In this document: positions 53,668 to 64,000 of the stretch, piece after piece
Numbering within the stretch: the first letter of the stretch is position 1
How the letters are laid out: each line of letters opens with the position of its first letter
From: Ancylonema sp.
Lineage: Eukaryota
Direction: 5' to 3'
DNA length: 64,000 nt
Assembly: GCA_050230475.1 (NCBI GenBank)
Contig: JBFLGF010000118.1
Location: 1 to 64,000 of the forward strand
Notes under the pieces: generated by a model
Told to the model about the DNA's origin: nothing
The model's input: the letters and a program-made list of their open reading frames with translations, nothing else
The model's database searches: none
Position numbers and translations under genes: made by a program

Positions 53668-54491
53668 CGATGCAAGAATAAAGCACAATTCTTCTCTCAG
53701 ACAAATCGACAGATCACGTCATTACAAACGTTGACACAACAAAAGTGCAAGTTTGAAGTAGAAAGTATTGATTCTGATTAAGGAATTCAGCATGCAAGCT
53801 CAGACCTAGTACAGTCGATTGTTGTCTGGTCAACGAATCTGCCGGTATCGAAACTACATCGTCAATTGCCAATCATATCTAAGCATTCTGCCACAACAAC
53901 AAGTTCTTATCGACACTTGTGCCAGATGGCCAAGTAATCATCAAAACAAGGACGTCGGCCTGCAGCCGGCCTGCAGCCGGCCTGCCGCCTGCATTTGCTG
54001 CTGAATAACGACAAAACTAAAGCTAAATTCCCGGTATTGCTAACGATATAACGAAAAACTAACATTTTCCTTGTTGTGTTCTTCACATTATGTCCCATCA
54101 CATATATTTACACCTGTTGGTGTGCGTCTTTTTCTGTTTTTATTTTTTATGCTGGCTCTGGATTGTTCAGAATCCGGGGAACAGATGACTCGACCAAATC
54201 GGTCCTGGACCAAACCGAGACCACACAGTCAACCGTGGAAACCCGTGGAAACCTGTGGAAGAAATATTTGTTTTCCCTGCCCACGTTTTAACCAAAAAAC
54301 TTTCGGATTACTTTTGTAAAATTGTTGTTGTTTGTTGTAATACTTAGTGTGGCTAACCGAGTCCACATCGGGCCAGATTCGGATGGGCAGTAGACCAAAT
54401 AGTCCCGGGTCGGACCCCAAGAATAAAAGGAAGAAAAATAGTTTATTTGATGACAAATTGTTTGACGAGTATATTTTTTTTATTGTATATA

Positions 54492-54762
54492 CCGTACTGG
54501 GCACCGTAGATGATTTCTGTTTTTTCAAAACGAATTAATTTGTCAATGATGTGTGAGAAAGATTCCCGTGATCCGGTAGTTATTATTAATGATTTTTGGC
54601 AATGATTTCTGGTAACCTACATACAAAATTCAAAACAAATCCAAAAGTGGTATTAATATCAATGATTTTTGGTTAATGATTCCGACCTCATAGGTATTAA
54701 TATAAATGATTGATTTCGGGTTTCAATAATTAATTAAAAATCATTTACGGTGCCCAGTACGG
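54492..54762. mobile_element. Tc1/mariner-type MITE
   Basis: 25-bp TIR ccgtactgggcaccgtagatgattt / aaatcatttacggtgcccagtacgg (1 mismatch), TA on both sides, aatgatt internal repeats. Confidence 0.88.
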
Positions 54763-55434
54763 TATAACCTCAGATGATTTTCGCCTTAAGGATCTGAGTC
54801 CAGACCCGGAACGGATCCGGATCGATCGCCAGGTCGGAGGTTCCCTAGTCGAACGAGGACCAACTATGATGCACACCATCTCGTGTGTGCTGACATATGA
54901 CGAAGTGTCTAAGTTTCCACACGAAGTGTCTAAGTGGCTTGTTCTAATCAGGAATACACCTTATCAAATGCAGAAACACAAATGTTCAGATGTAGTCCAA
55001 GCCCTTGGAAGCTTGAATGGCTCTGTTGGACTCCGAATATGGATAGTTTGATTGGCATTGTTCCATTTCGCATCCCGCACATTTGAACTCCAAAGTCACA
55101 TCACTTTACAGAGATGCTTCAGCCTGACTACTCCCTGCCTGCCCAAACCCCTCGGAAATATGTATGGTTACATGACACAGCCAATATACTGAATTGCCCT
55201 GACATATTATGCGAGCTTCGTAGTACCATACAATGTGATTGCATGGAATGGTCTCCCAGAATTGCAGGAAGTTAAGCAGGGGAACACATTTACAGAGTAC
55301 AGACAAAAACAAGAAGACCAAGACCCGTATTCCCAAATTGCAGTAATGTATCGGCACATGACGGGAGCACTTTGTGTGCGAGCTACCTTATACACAGTCT
55401 ATGCCTTGATGTCTAGAGGTCAAATGTCTACCAT

Positions 55435-56282
55435 TTACAACTTGCCCGTGGGGCCAGGGGTGGGGGGGCCCTGGGGACCCTTTTTGATGGGAAGCAAGTC
55501 TTGGCCGGTGGTGGCACCGAAGTAACCAAGAGTCCCAGCACCTCCCAGAACCAAAAACTTCAAGAGAATGCCTCTCTTTGTGAAAGCTCCAGCGAATGTC
55601 TCAAAGAATTTGGACTGCGGGCAGAGTACAAAGGAATGATAGAGCTTAGTGCCTAATCGCTTGATAGACACTATGTTCCTGTTGCAATTTTTGAAGGTAT
55701 TGAGTAACACAGGTACGCGAGGCTCCAAATGGCAACTATTCCGGGACTCTTCGTCGTACAAACTCGAAACGACACAGCTAGCATCCAGATGATGCCCTAA
55801 TCGAATGCTCGTGAGAATACTCATGGGACGCACTTCCGCTTCAATAAGCCATGTCGTAGCGCAGTTGGTAAATTTCCTTATCGTGTGAATGAGGCAGTTC
55901 GGGGAGCCACATAGTGTGGAGTTGAATACAGAGCAACTCCAACGTGAATACCCGAGTCTCTATCAAGGTTAATAACAAATACTTGGGGAGTATCTGGATC
56001 CCTCCCTCACCACTCACTTTGGTATACTGCCCACTATGTGTCTCATACCTGAAGGCCATTGTAGGGTGCGGGTCCGTCCTGACCATACAGGTCCCAAGCA
56101 CCTGTGGTGTTCTTCACATCCTTCAGATCAAAGTAAACGCTTTCATCTCCGTACTTAGCGCGGGGAGCTGCCAGCCGCAGGCTTGATCGCTTGGTTGCCG
56201 GGCAGCTGGTCTTCACGGACACCTTCTGTCCGCAGAAGCTGCTTGCGGCAATAGTAGTAGAGGCAAGAGCAAGGGAAGCCAT
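55435..56282 (-). CDS. psaH: Photosystem I subunit VI (PSI-H) precursor; exons 56282-56049, 55614-55435
   Basis: Transit peptide, then [49 protein letters not shown]...LLPIKKGPQ. Confidence 0.97.
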
Positions 56283-57203
56283 TTGAGTGATGGGCTGTGA
56301 GTATGGACCCTTGAATTCTTGAGATTCAACGAGAAAGGTGCGATGAATATTGCTGTAATCAACTGCGCAGACCCAAAAATTTCACCATCAGAAATTGTCC
56401 CGAGTTTGGGTGCTCCAGGCTGGATAGGGCTGCTGTTGTGTGAACCAATCAGCGTCGAGTCTCCGCGCGCCAAATCCAGTTGCTCCCGATGCTCGATGCT
56501 CGTCCACGTTGGCATTTGTTATGACCGTCCGTTGGCTTCCGCCACGGACGCGGATGGCTACCGCGCGGCTGGCAAAGAGACAATTGTCGGTATACATAGT
56601 ATTGTCGGTATATATAATATGTAGCGGTTGCTTGATAATCCAATTGTCATCACATGTGACAAGTATGTAAACTTGCACTGATGTAGCGGTGGTTTACTGT
56701 GGTTTACTGGCATTTCATACGTACCGCTGAATTCCGACGTGAAACCATGGCGCGTGGTCCAGGTCACTCATACTTAACCATTTAAACCGCGACCGATATG
56801 TCTATTGAGTTTCACACAGAAAATCACCATATGTGTGTGCAAGGTAATTCTCAAATATACAATTTAATTGGTTATTATTTGTGATTAGTACTCCACATAT
56901 CCGATAAGCCGGCTCCTTCTTTTTTCTGTTTTTTTTTACACATACATAAATACTATTTTCGAGGCAGTAGAGCATCTACGACAGCTTTATTGTTCTGGAT
57001 AACGAGAGAAAAAAAGTGTGGATGTGTTACGGTAGGGGCATCCATTAGTGTTATCGAATCCTCTATTGATGTGGAAGTGTGTTATTCTGCTTAAGACGAG
57101 GCTAGAGAAGCCAGAATATAATGATACAGCTCATCAGATGTTTGTGACGTGCTGCGAGGCTTCGTGTCTGAGTTACATTTCTCCGTAGCTGTATCTAGGC
57201 GAA

Positions 57204-60200
57204 ATGGATGCCAAGAGCCGTCCAGCAGTGGTGATTGACAATGGTACAGGGTGAGCACTGCGTCTTCCCACAGCACATGATCAAACACAATCACAGCCGA
57301 TTTCTTGGCAACATCTCGGTTGGTATAGCCTTTCCAGCAAGAAAACAGACACAGAATGCAGAAACCGAAAGACAATGAAAGTGAATGGGTGGGTGTTCTT
57401 CTGTGTAAGTCAGTGCGTTATTGACGTTTCTAGTTGCTTCACCGCCCCTTTTGACCATTGTGGTAGGTTGGCACAATTTCGGTTACATGAATTTCGATTT
57501 TTGTGCAGTTACACGAAGATGGGTTATGCTGGCAACGTGGAGCCATCCTTCATTGTACCTACTGTGGTCGCGCTTAACGAGAATTTCAGCTCCATTAGTT
57601 CGGGACACCAAGGAGGAAGGTCCAGTGCAACAGCTGCAGCCCTTCATAGTGCTGGGGTGATGGCAGATCTAGACTTCTTTATTGGCGAAGAAGCTCTGGC
57701 TGCTGCCCGGCGAGGTTCCTACGTACTAAACAGCCCTATCAAGCATGGACAGGTATGCGTTAGAGGTGGTTTGCTTGAATCGTTACCTGCACTCGTCCCT
57801 GCGCATCAAGTGCTAGATTTGATTGAAAGTGAGCTCATAAAGCTACAGGTTGGAGTCACCTGGCCACCGCATGCAGCACATCCTCTGAACTTTGTGGCCA
57901 TATATAAAACTTGGAGACTTCGTATGGGTGCACTCGGGCCTGATATCAATTGCGCAACAGAAAGATGTTCTCGTTTCTCAGCTAGATGGATGAGTATGTT
58001 TTCGGGGAGCAGGTGGAGAATTGGGATTCGATGGAGAAGTTTTGGCAGCAATGTATTTTCAATTACCTACGATGCGATCCGGAGGACCACTATTTCCTTC
58101 TCACTGAGAGTCCTCTCACCAATCCAGAGAACCGGGAATACACGGCGGAGGTCATGTTTGAAACGTGAGACCTGATCCTTGTTTTCCTTGCCTTGAGAAA
58201 CGTGGCTTCTTCCTGCAATTGCGTGCTCTCTTTGAGTCAGACAGGAACGTTTGTGGGTCAATGCTCAGGAGGCTTGATTAGGGTGAGGTTACCTCCTGCA
58301 GTTTGCTGCTGAATAGTTTGCTGTTGATGGTTACCCACTGCGTGTTACCCAGTTACGCTTTAATGCACGTTGTTACCCGAAACTGAAGTCACCCAATTTA
58401 GCTCATGGGTTGAGAACGAACATGTTCAACGCAGTCAAACATTGTACCAGAAAACCTCAATCACATCACACCCTCGTGCGTCTGCAGGTTCAATGTGGAG
58501 GGTCTGTACATCGCTGTCCAAGCTGTACTCGCCCTTGCTGCCGGTTACACGGCAGACAAGGTATGCAACGTGTGCAATGTTGAACACGTTTGGTTGCGAC
58601 GGTGGGGCTGGGGCCTACAAAGATCTGGGCTGGCGTTTGCAATCACCCTTTATTAGCTTCATTTTGTGTGTGACCGAAAGTGCAACAATAACTTTTTATA
58701 TTAGTTAACATAAATCACAAACATGGTCCTAACTACTTTGAAATCCATAATCACATTATCCTATTTGGTGACTGGCTATATTGTGTTACAACTCCTTAGA
58801 TCCAGTGTCTGTGGTGGTCACGAGACGAGTGATGTCCGTTGGCATCTGACGGCACACACTACTTCCTCGGGAGCTTCCATTACTCTGCATGTTATGCATC
58901 ATCAGAATTAACCAGTACCTCGGAGAGCAGAAAGCTATAAGTTTCTGAGACCTACATCCGAGTAGCAGGGACGGATATCCTACTATCTGTCATCCCCCTT
59001 TAAAGCCTGAAACAATCTTGTACTTCCGGTGACATAAACGGTCAGATCGGTTTCCTCGCTGCAGGCTCCGTTGACGGGTGTCGTGGTCGATGCTGGGGAG
59101 GGTGTGACACATGTCGTCCCTGTGGCCGACGGATACGTGATCGGCAGTTCCATCAAGAGCATTCCCATAGCGGGACGAGACATCACCTCCTTTGTTCAGC
59201 AACTCATGCGGGTGTGTATAATCCCGAGTAGATATGGATATGATTGAAAAGTATGGACTGGGCGCCAACTTTCATGAAGGAAGCTGTGTATGTGACGTGG
59301 ATTTAGACAAATTGCTATTGGCATATGACGGCAAAGCTGCGTTGAAGCTAATTTCACTGACTTCTGTTCATTGTTCAACCCGTACATCCCTAAGAACCAA
59401 ACAGGGCACACGAAAATGCACACAACATGATGCAATCAATGTGATGTCTCATCCTGAGAGGGCGTGACTGGACCGGACCTAATTTGCATAACTGTTGGAC
59501 CCTGGAATGACTTGAGTCTCTCTCTGTCCGAGTTTCCAGTGACACTTACTGACATACTTCACAGCACCATCGCAGGACAGAGGGGAGGCCGTGCCGCCGG
59601 ACTACGCTATGGATGTGGCTCGAAAAGTGAAGGAGACCCATGGGTACACTTGTTCAGACATCGTGAAGGTAAGGCGTCACTTGAACAATCAATCGCGTGG
59701 CTCAGTTTAGTCTGAACGTATGTGCCCACTTAGAGTCCTCAAATACACAAGGTGTCAACAAATCGCCGACGGCTGCTAGGGATTCAGGTGCTATACTTTG
59801 TCGGGGTTTTGGATAAATTTCTAGGCTTAGTGGCCACAGCTAGCTAGTTAGTGGCCATAGAATGTTCTCCTGTCATGCAGAATTACATGAATCTTCTCTC
59901 GCCTGAAATGGAGGTTTTGTTGCGACGTAGAGACTGTCAGATTCACGGTACCTTCTCTACATAAGGAGAAGTCGATTTGATTACAAACTTGTCATGGACT
60001 ATGGTGTGCATTGGGGTGTGACCTCAGGAATACGCAAAGCATGATCAAGAACCTGCAAAATATAGGAAGGTGTGGACGGGCAAACATCACAAAACTGGGG
60101 CTACATACAGCTGTGACATTGGCTACGAACGCTTCCTGGCGCCAGAGGTATGCCACTATCAGTAACAGGTCGTGGTGAGGATGGTCGGGTACTCCTTGTC

Positions 60201-61715
60201 CTCTACTCATAGGCAATGGGCTGGAAAGGTGGCAGGAAAAGCTCACGAATTATAAATTTAAAAGGCATCTATCAAGGTAGCAAATATTACGACGGTGTGT
60301 GTCGCTATGCTGGACTAGTTTGACATGCTGGCCAGCGCGGTCAACAACAGACTGTCTTACCACGGAGGCTTGGAATGAATTAGACGGTCTGAGGAGAGCT
60401 GTCACATGCAACCTCATATATGTTTATCGAGCTTTACGCAGTAGGTTATCATCATGCAACATGAAACGTTCGCAGAGTTGAAAAGCTCCTGTACCTATTG
60501 AAAATGACACACGGGATCTGCTGTTGTATATGTGTCAGATATTCTTCAATCCCGAGATTTACAGCAGCGATTTCACCACTCCCCTGCCTCAAGTCGTGGA
60601 TGACTGTGTACACAGTGCCCCCATTGACACCCGCAGAGCTCTCTACAAGGTACTTACCTTCTCAACCACTCACGCGGCATGAAGTCAATCGTGTGCTTAG
60701 CAGCACACCTGTACCTTGGAGGCCGCCCACTTCACAGATATCACAAGATTTCAGACAACGTGGGAAGAACCTCATTTCTTCCATAGCAGAGGTGCTGACC
60801 TGGTGGTGACAATCTGTGCGTAGAACATTGTGCTCTCGGGCGGGTCAACGTTGTTCAAAGACTTTGGGAGACGTCTGCAGCGCGATATCAAGAAATTGGT
60901 GGATGTTAGAGTGGCTGGTCTGCACAGGGGGCAACAGGAGGCAGGAACCAAGGTGAAGCCACCTGCCAGCCTGTCTCAACACTTTTGTGCGTGCAGTTGA
61001 GCATTGAATCTGAACTGTGCTCTCTGCCGTGACAAAAACTGTAATAGTAGCAGAGCAATAGAGCAATAGAGCAATAGAGCAATAGAGCAATAGAGCAATA
61101 GAGCAATAGAGCAACAGAGCAATAGAACGATAGAGCAATAGAGCAATAGAGCAATAGAGCAACAGAGCAATAGAGCAACAGAACAGGGCATTTGTAGAAT
61201 GCGAAAGCAAACAATGGAAGCAGCTTTGTATGTTCTCTCTCGACCAGCTTACTCCGGACCTTTTCTGAAAATAAGTCGATTGGAAAATTTGTATCGAAGA
61301 GTACAAAGCCGTTCCATTACAGCGCTAGGAAATCATTCATTTATTTGTTTTGACACTCTGGGCTGCAGCAGAATGGAGTGGAAGTGGCGGTGGTGAGTCA
61401 CCCGATGCAGAGATTTGGAGTTTGGTTTGGTGGGTCTGTGCTTGCCTCGACCCCTGACTTTTATACGGTGAGATTTTGAACAAAGGCGTATTGAAACGGG
61501 TGTAGAGAGCCATCAAATCCCTGGAGTCTTATTTTCTGTTTTTTTTTTCTTTTTTTTTCTTTTAATTCTCACGAGTAGATGTCCAATTTTCTAATTTTGT
61601 GTGGTTGAGTGCTTGTTAATATTTTTGTCTGCAGGCATCTCATTCCAAAGCGGACTACTGGGAATACGGCCCAGGAATATGTAGAACCAACCCTGTCTTC
61701 AAAGGAGTGTTGTAA
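57204..61715 (+). CDS. ARP3: Actin-related protein 3; 11 exons (approx. 57204-57250, 57509-57752, 58013-58163, 58488-58560, 59064-59211, 59576-59667, 60028-60147, 60539-60648, 60824-60952, 61368-61467, 61634-61715)
   Basis: [110 protein letters not shown]. Confidence 0.97.
61052..61180. repeat. (AGAGCAAT)n intronic octamer repeat
   Basis: Direct reading. Confidence 0.93.
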
Positions 61716-62669
61716 TGAGTGCAATTAGTCCACCAACTAGTCTCCAGAGTAGCTCGAAGAGGCAAGTGGCCACCGTGGGTGGCAGTTATGGAAACTATAA
61801 TTTTAAGTAGTGTAAAATTTCGAAAGATTGGAATGTAATAGAATAGAATCACCACAAGGCAACAAGCACCGATGATACTATCAATCTTGACTCTAACCTG
61901 CAATTAACAATTAACTTGCTCCAATCGCTCTAGATGTGCAACAATATATAATGTTACGATGTATTGCAGCTACTGCTCAAAGTCAAGCTTCGTTGAGCAA
62001 TAATCCAAACATTTTCTCTCTTGCTCGTGATACCATCTCCTCCGATGTCATCGTCGTACTGCATGAAAGTGGTAGTGTCTGAACGCTTCGTGATGCGCAT
62101 GTCCCGGACGCCTTCAATAGTGGACGTACACCACACGCGTGTGCGAAGTCCCAGCGGATGTCTTGGTATATGTAGGATTTATGGGTTCTTTCTTTTCGTT
62201 CCTCACACCCGGCTAAACCCCGCAAACGTTTTGTGGCTCAAACGTTTTGGGATACCTAAATCAAGTTCTGAGCCTCTCGGTATGGTGTATATAGTAGGTA
62301 GCCCTCCGCGGATAGACACAGATATATCCATCGTCAAGGACGTTTTCTTTATAAAAAAACTACGCGGGGCCGAACGTCACGCACACGCCCGTAAGAGATG
62401 TTGTTTTGGACACGTCCGAAAAGGCTATGGTGTGTCCCCGGAAAAAGTCAACGAGCCCTTTCTAGCATAATGAGCAACAAACACAACATGATTTATGGCC
62501 CTTTGGCGTCCAAGATAGGCTCGATGAGGGGCGGTGCCTTTCTTACCTAAATTTCGGTTCGCAGTCCGGCCAGCCCTATCTCCGACCGGGATCCGTCCTT
62601 TAGTCCAAATTGTCGGACCGGCGATATTAGGGTACTTTCACTTTTCACTTTGAGGTTCCAAGCAGACAA

Positions 62670-63255
62670 TGAAACCTAGCTAAAGGAATATTGTATGATG
62701 GAATTACCTCCCTAAAGGAATAAAAAACCCCGGTCCTGACGTTGGGCGACTGTGATTAATCCAAAGCCTGCATAACTCTCCAAAATAATAAGTACTCCCG
62801 GCCCGCAAACATGTAAAAAAAAATGTACGGAATCCATTCAACTCCGTACATATATACAAGTTTTTACATGTCCGTACAATTGTATATACATCTTCCAATA
62901 TGTGGGAAGTTGCAACTCCACGCGCTACACGCTAAAATTTCGACTGGGCACCATTAGGCGGGAAGTACGAGTGCCCGCCACGTCGAATTTAATGTCAGAA
63001 AATTACGAGTGCCCGCCACGTCAGCTGATTACGTTCGCGGACCTCTAGCATCTCCCAAGTTGTGGAAAATCAAAGTGGAAGTGGCTACACGACACAACAT
63101 ATTGTGGATTCTAAGCTCGATACTAGTTTGTTTCCCGTCGTAGGCAACATAGGATTGGGTTTTAGGACAGTTAGAGCCGAAGATGTCTACTTGAATAACC
63201 TCTCTAGAGGACTATGATATCCGGTCCCGAGAGTATTCCTTTAGACACATTTTAC
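62670..63255. mobile_element. Old MITE-like element related to 34955-35430 and 42123-42292
   Basis: Inverted ctaaaggaata/tattcctttag near the ends; shared internal blocks. Confidence 0.5.
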
Positions 63256-63257
63256 TC

Positions 63258-63365
63258 TAGTTGGTCCCCGAGCCGGCAATTTTGCGAGCCAGCTCGGATC
63301 CGGCTCGCGCGCGACCTGGCTCGGAGCCAGGCTCGCAAAATCCGCGAGCGGAGCGGGACCAACTA
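63258..63365. mobile_element. Miniature inverted-repeat element
   Basis: 11-bp perfect TIR tagttggtccc/gggaccaacta with gagcc/ggctc internal repeats; no TSD. Confidence 0.5.
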
Positions 63366-64000
63366 TGGTCCAAGCATAGTGGCGCGCGTCCGGCACCCAC
63401 GCTTTTGAAGTTCACTAAAACATATGAGGTACGAATGCTTTTTGGCCCGTCTACCGATCTAGCGGGAGATAATGATCCGCAATTGATTTCGAAAATGGTG
63501 GGTCGGGATAATTTGAGATATTTGTTTTGTTGGGGGTAGGTATTGTGTTAAATTCCAATTTTCGCTAAAAAAAAACGTTTCCTACGATCAAGTGGGGTGG
63601 GTCACCACGGTAATTGACTAATTTAATTTTTACTAGGGCCATATATTATCTTACCAATACGGTATGGCCACGCAGCATGCGCAAAATTTGCGCTTTGTCC
63701 GCGCGGCACGCATGCGCGGCACGGGAAACGCAGACTGAGGTTTTTTCTCGCGGAGAAATAAGTCCGGAGAAAACTATATCAGTATTTATTTTGTCTTGTA
63801 CATAAATGTCGAGAGAATTTTATATTCTACAAATCTCCGCCACGATTCGGCCACTCCCTGCCACAAGTAATTTTCCAAGAGAAGCTGTCGGGAGAACAAG
63901 AAATACCAAGATTCGCAAAGTTTGTCCTAGTCTATATCTCGGACACGAGTGGACCAAATCAGTTGGTGCCGGTTCCAGTAACCGCAAGGACCTCGATGCG

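Larger units (their letters stand above)
50490..54064 (-). mobile_element. Ty1/Copia element, 3'-truncated: LTR 54064-53646, gag, two zinc knuckles, protease, integrase, start of RT
   Basis: CYTCGETGHYSRDC, CRYCGAIGHVEFTC, FLFDDGSSHH, HTRLGH..CEGC, VDLAGP, LRSDRGGEF, TPQGNAITERMNR, HLRSFGC, KWVFR...YKARVVAKG; frameshifts from ~51800 onward. Confidence 0.96.

Noticed and set aside
60845..61306. (IALLLYCS)n hydrophobic ORFs
   Set aside because: Translation of an octamer repeat in an ARP3 intron

Overview
Eukaryotic nuclear DNA from a green plant-lineage organism, most likely a streptophyte alga or early-diverging plant (inferred from nuclear PsaH, plastid-type DapL, NAC, and GT-AG introns). 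Six recognisable spliced housekeeping genes: PHD-finger/Tudor protein, patatin-like lipase, SPF45/DRT111, LL-DAP aminotransferase, PsaH and ARP3. There is also a DUF1992-type gene, a NAC-domain gene and two orphan candidates. These lie among many hAT- and Tc1/mariner-type MITEs and LTR-retrotransposon relics. Highlights: (1) a decayed retroelement polyprotein with an aspartic protease followed by a C5 DNA-methyltransferase domain (about 45.7-48.7 kb), cut off by a Copia insertion; (2) an apparently intact chimeric gene in which a 513-bp inverted copy of the PHD gene's 5' end (leader, exon 1, intron 1, start of exon 2) is fused in frame to a divergent NAC domain, with a hAT-like terminus at the outer breakpoint; (3) two tail-to-tail Copia relics priming on different parts of tRNA-iMet, one with its Gag start codon inside the LTR. 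All exon coordinates were read by eye and no database searches were run.
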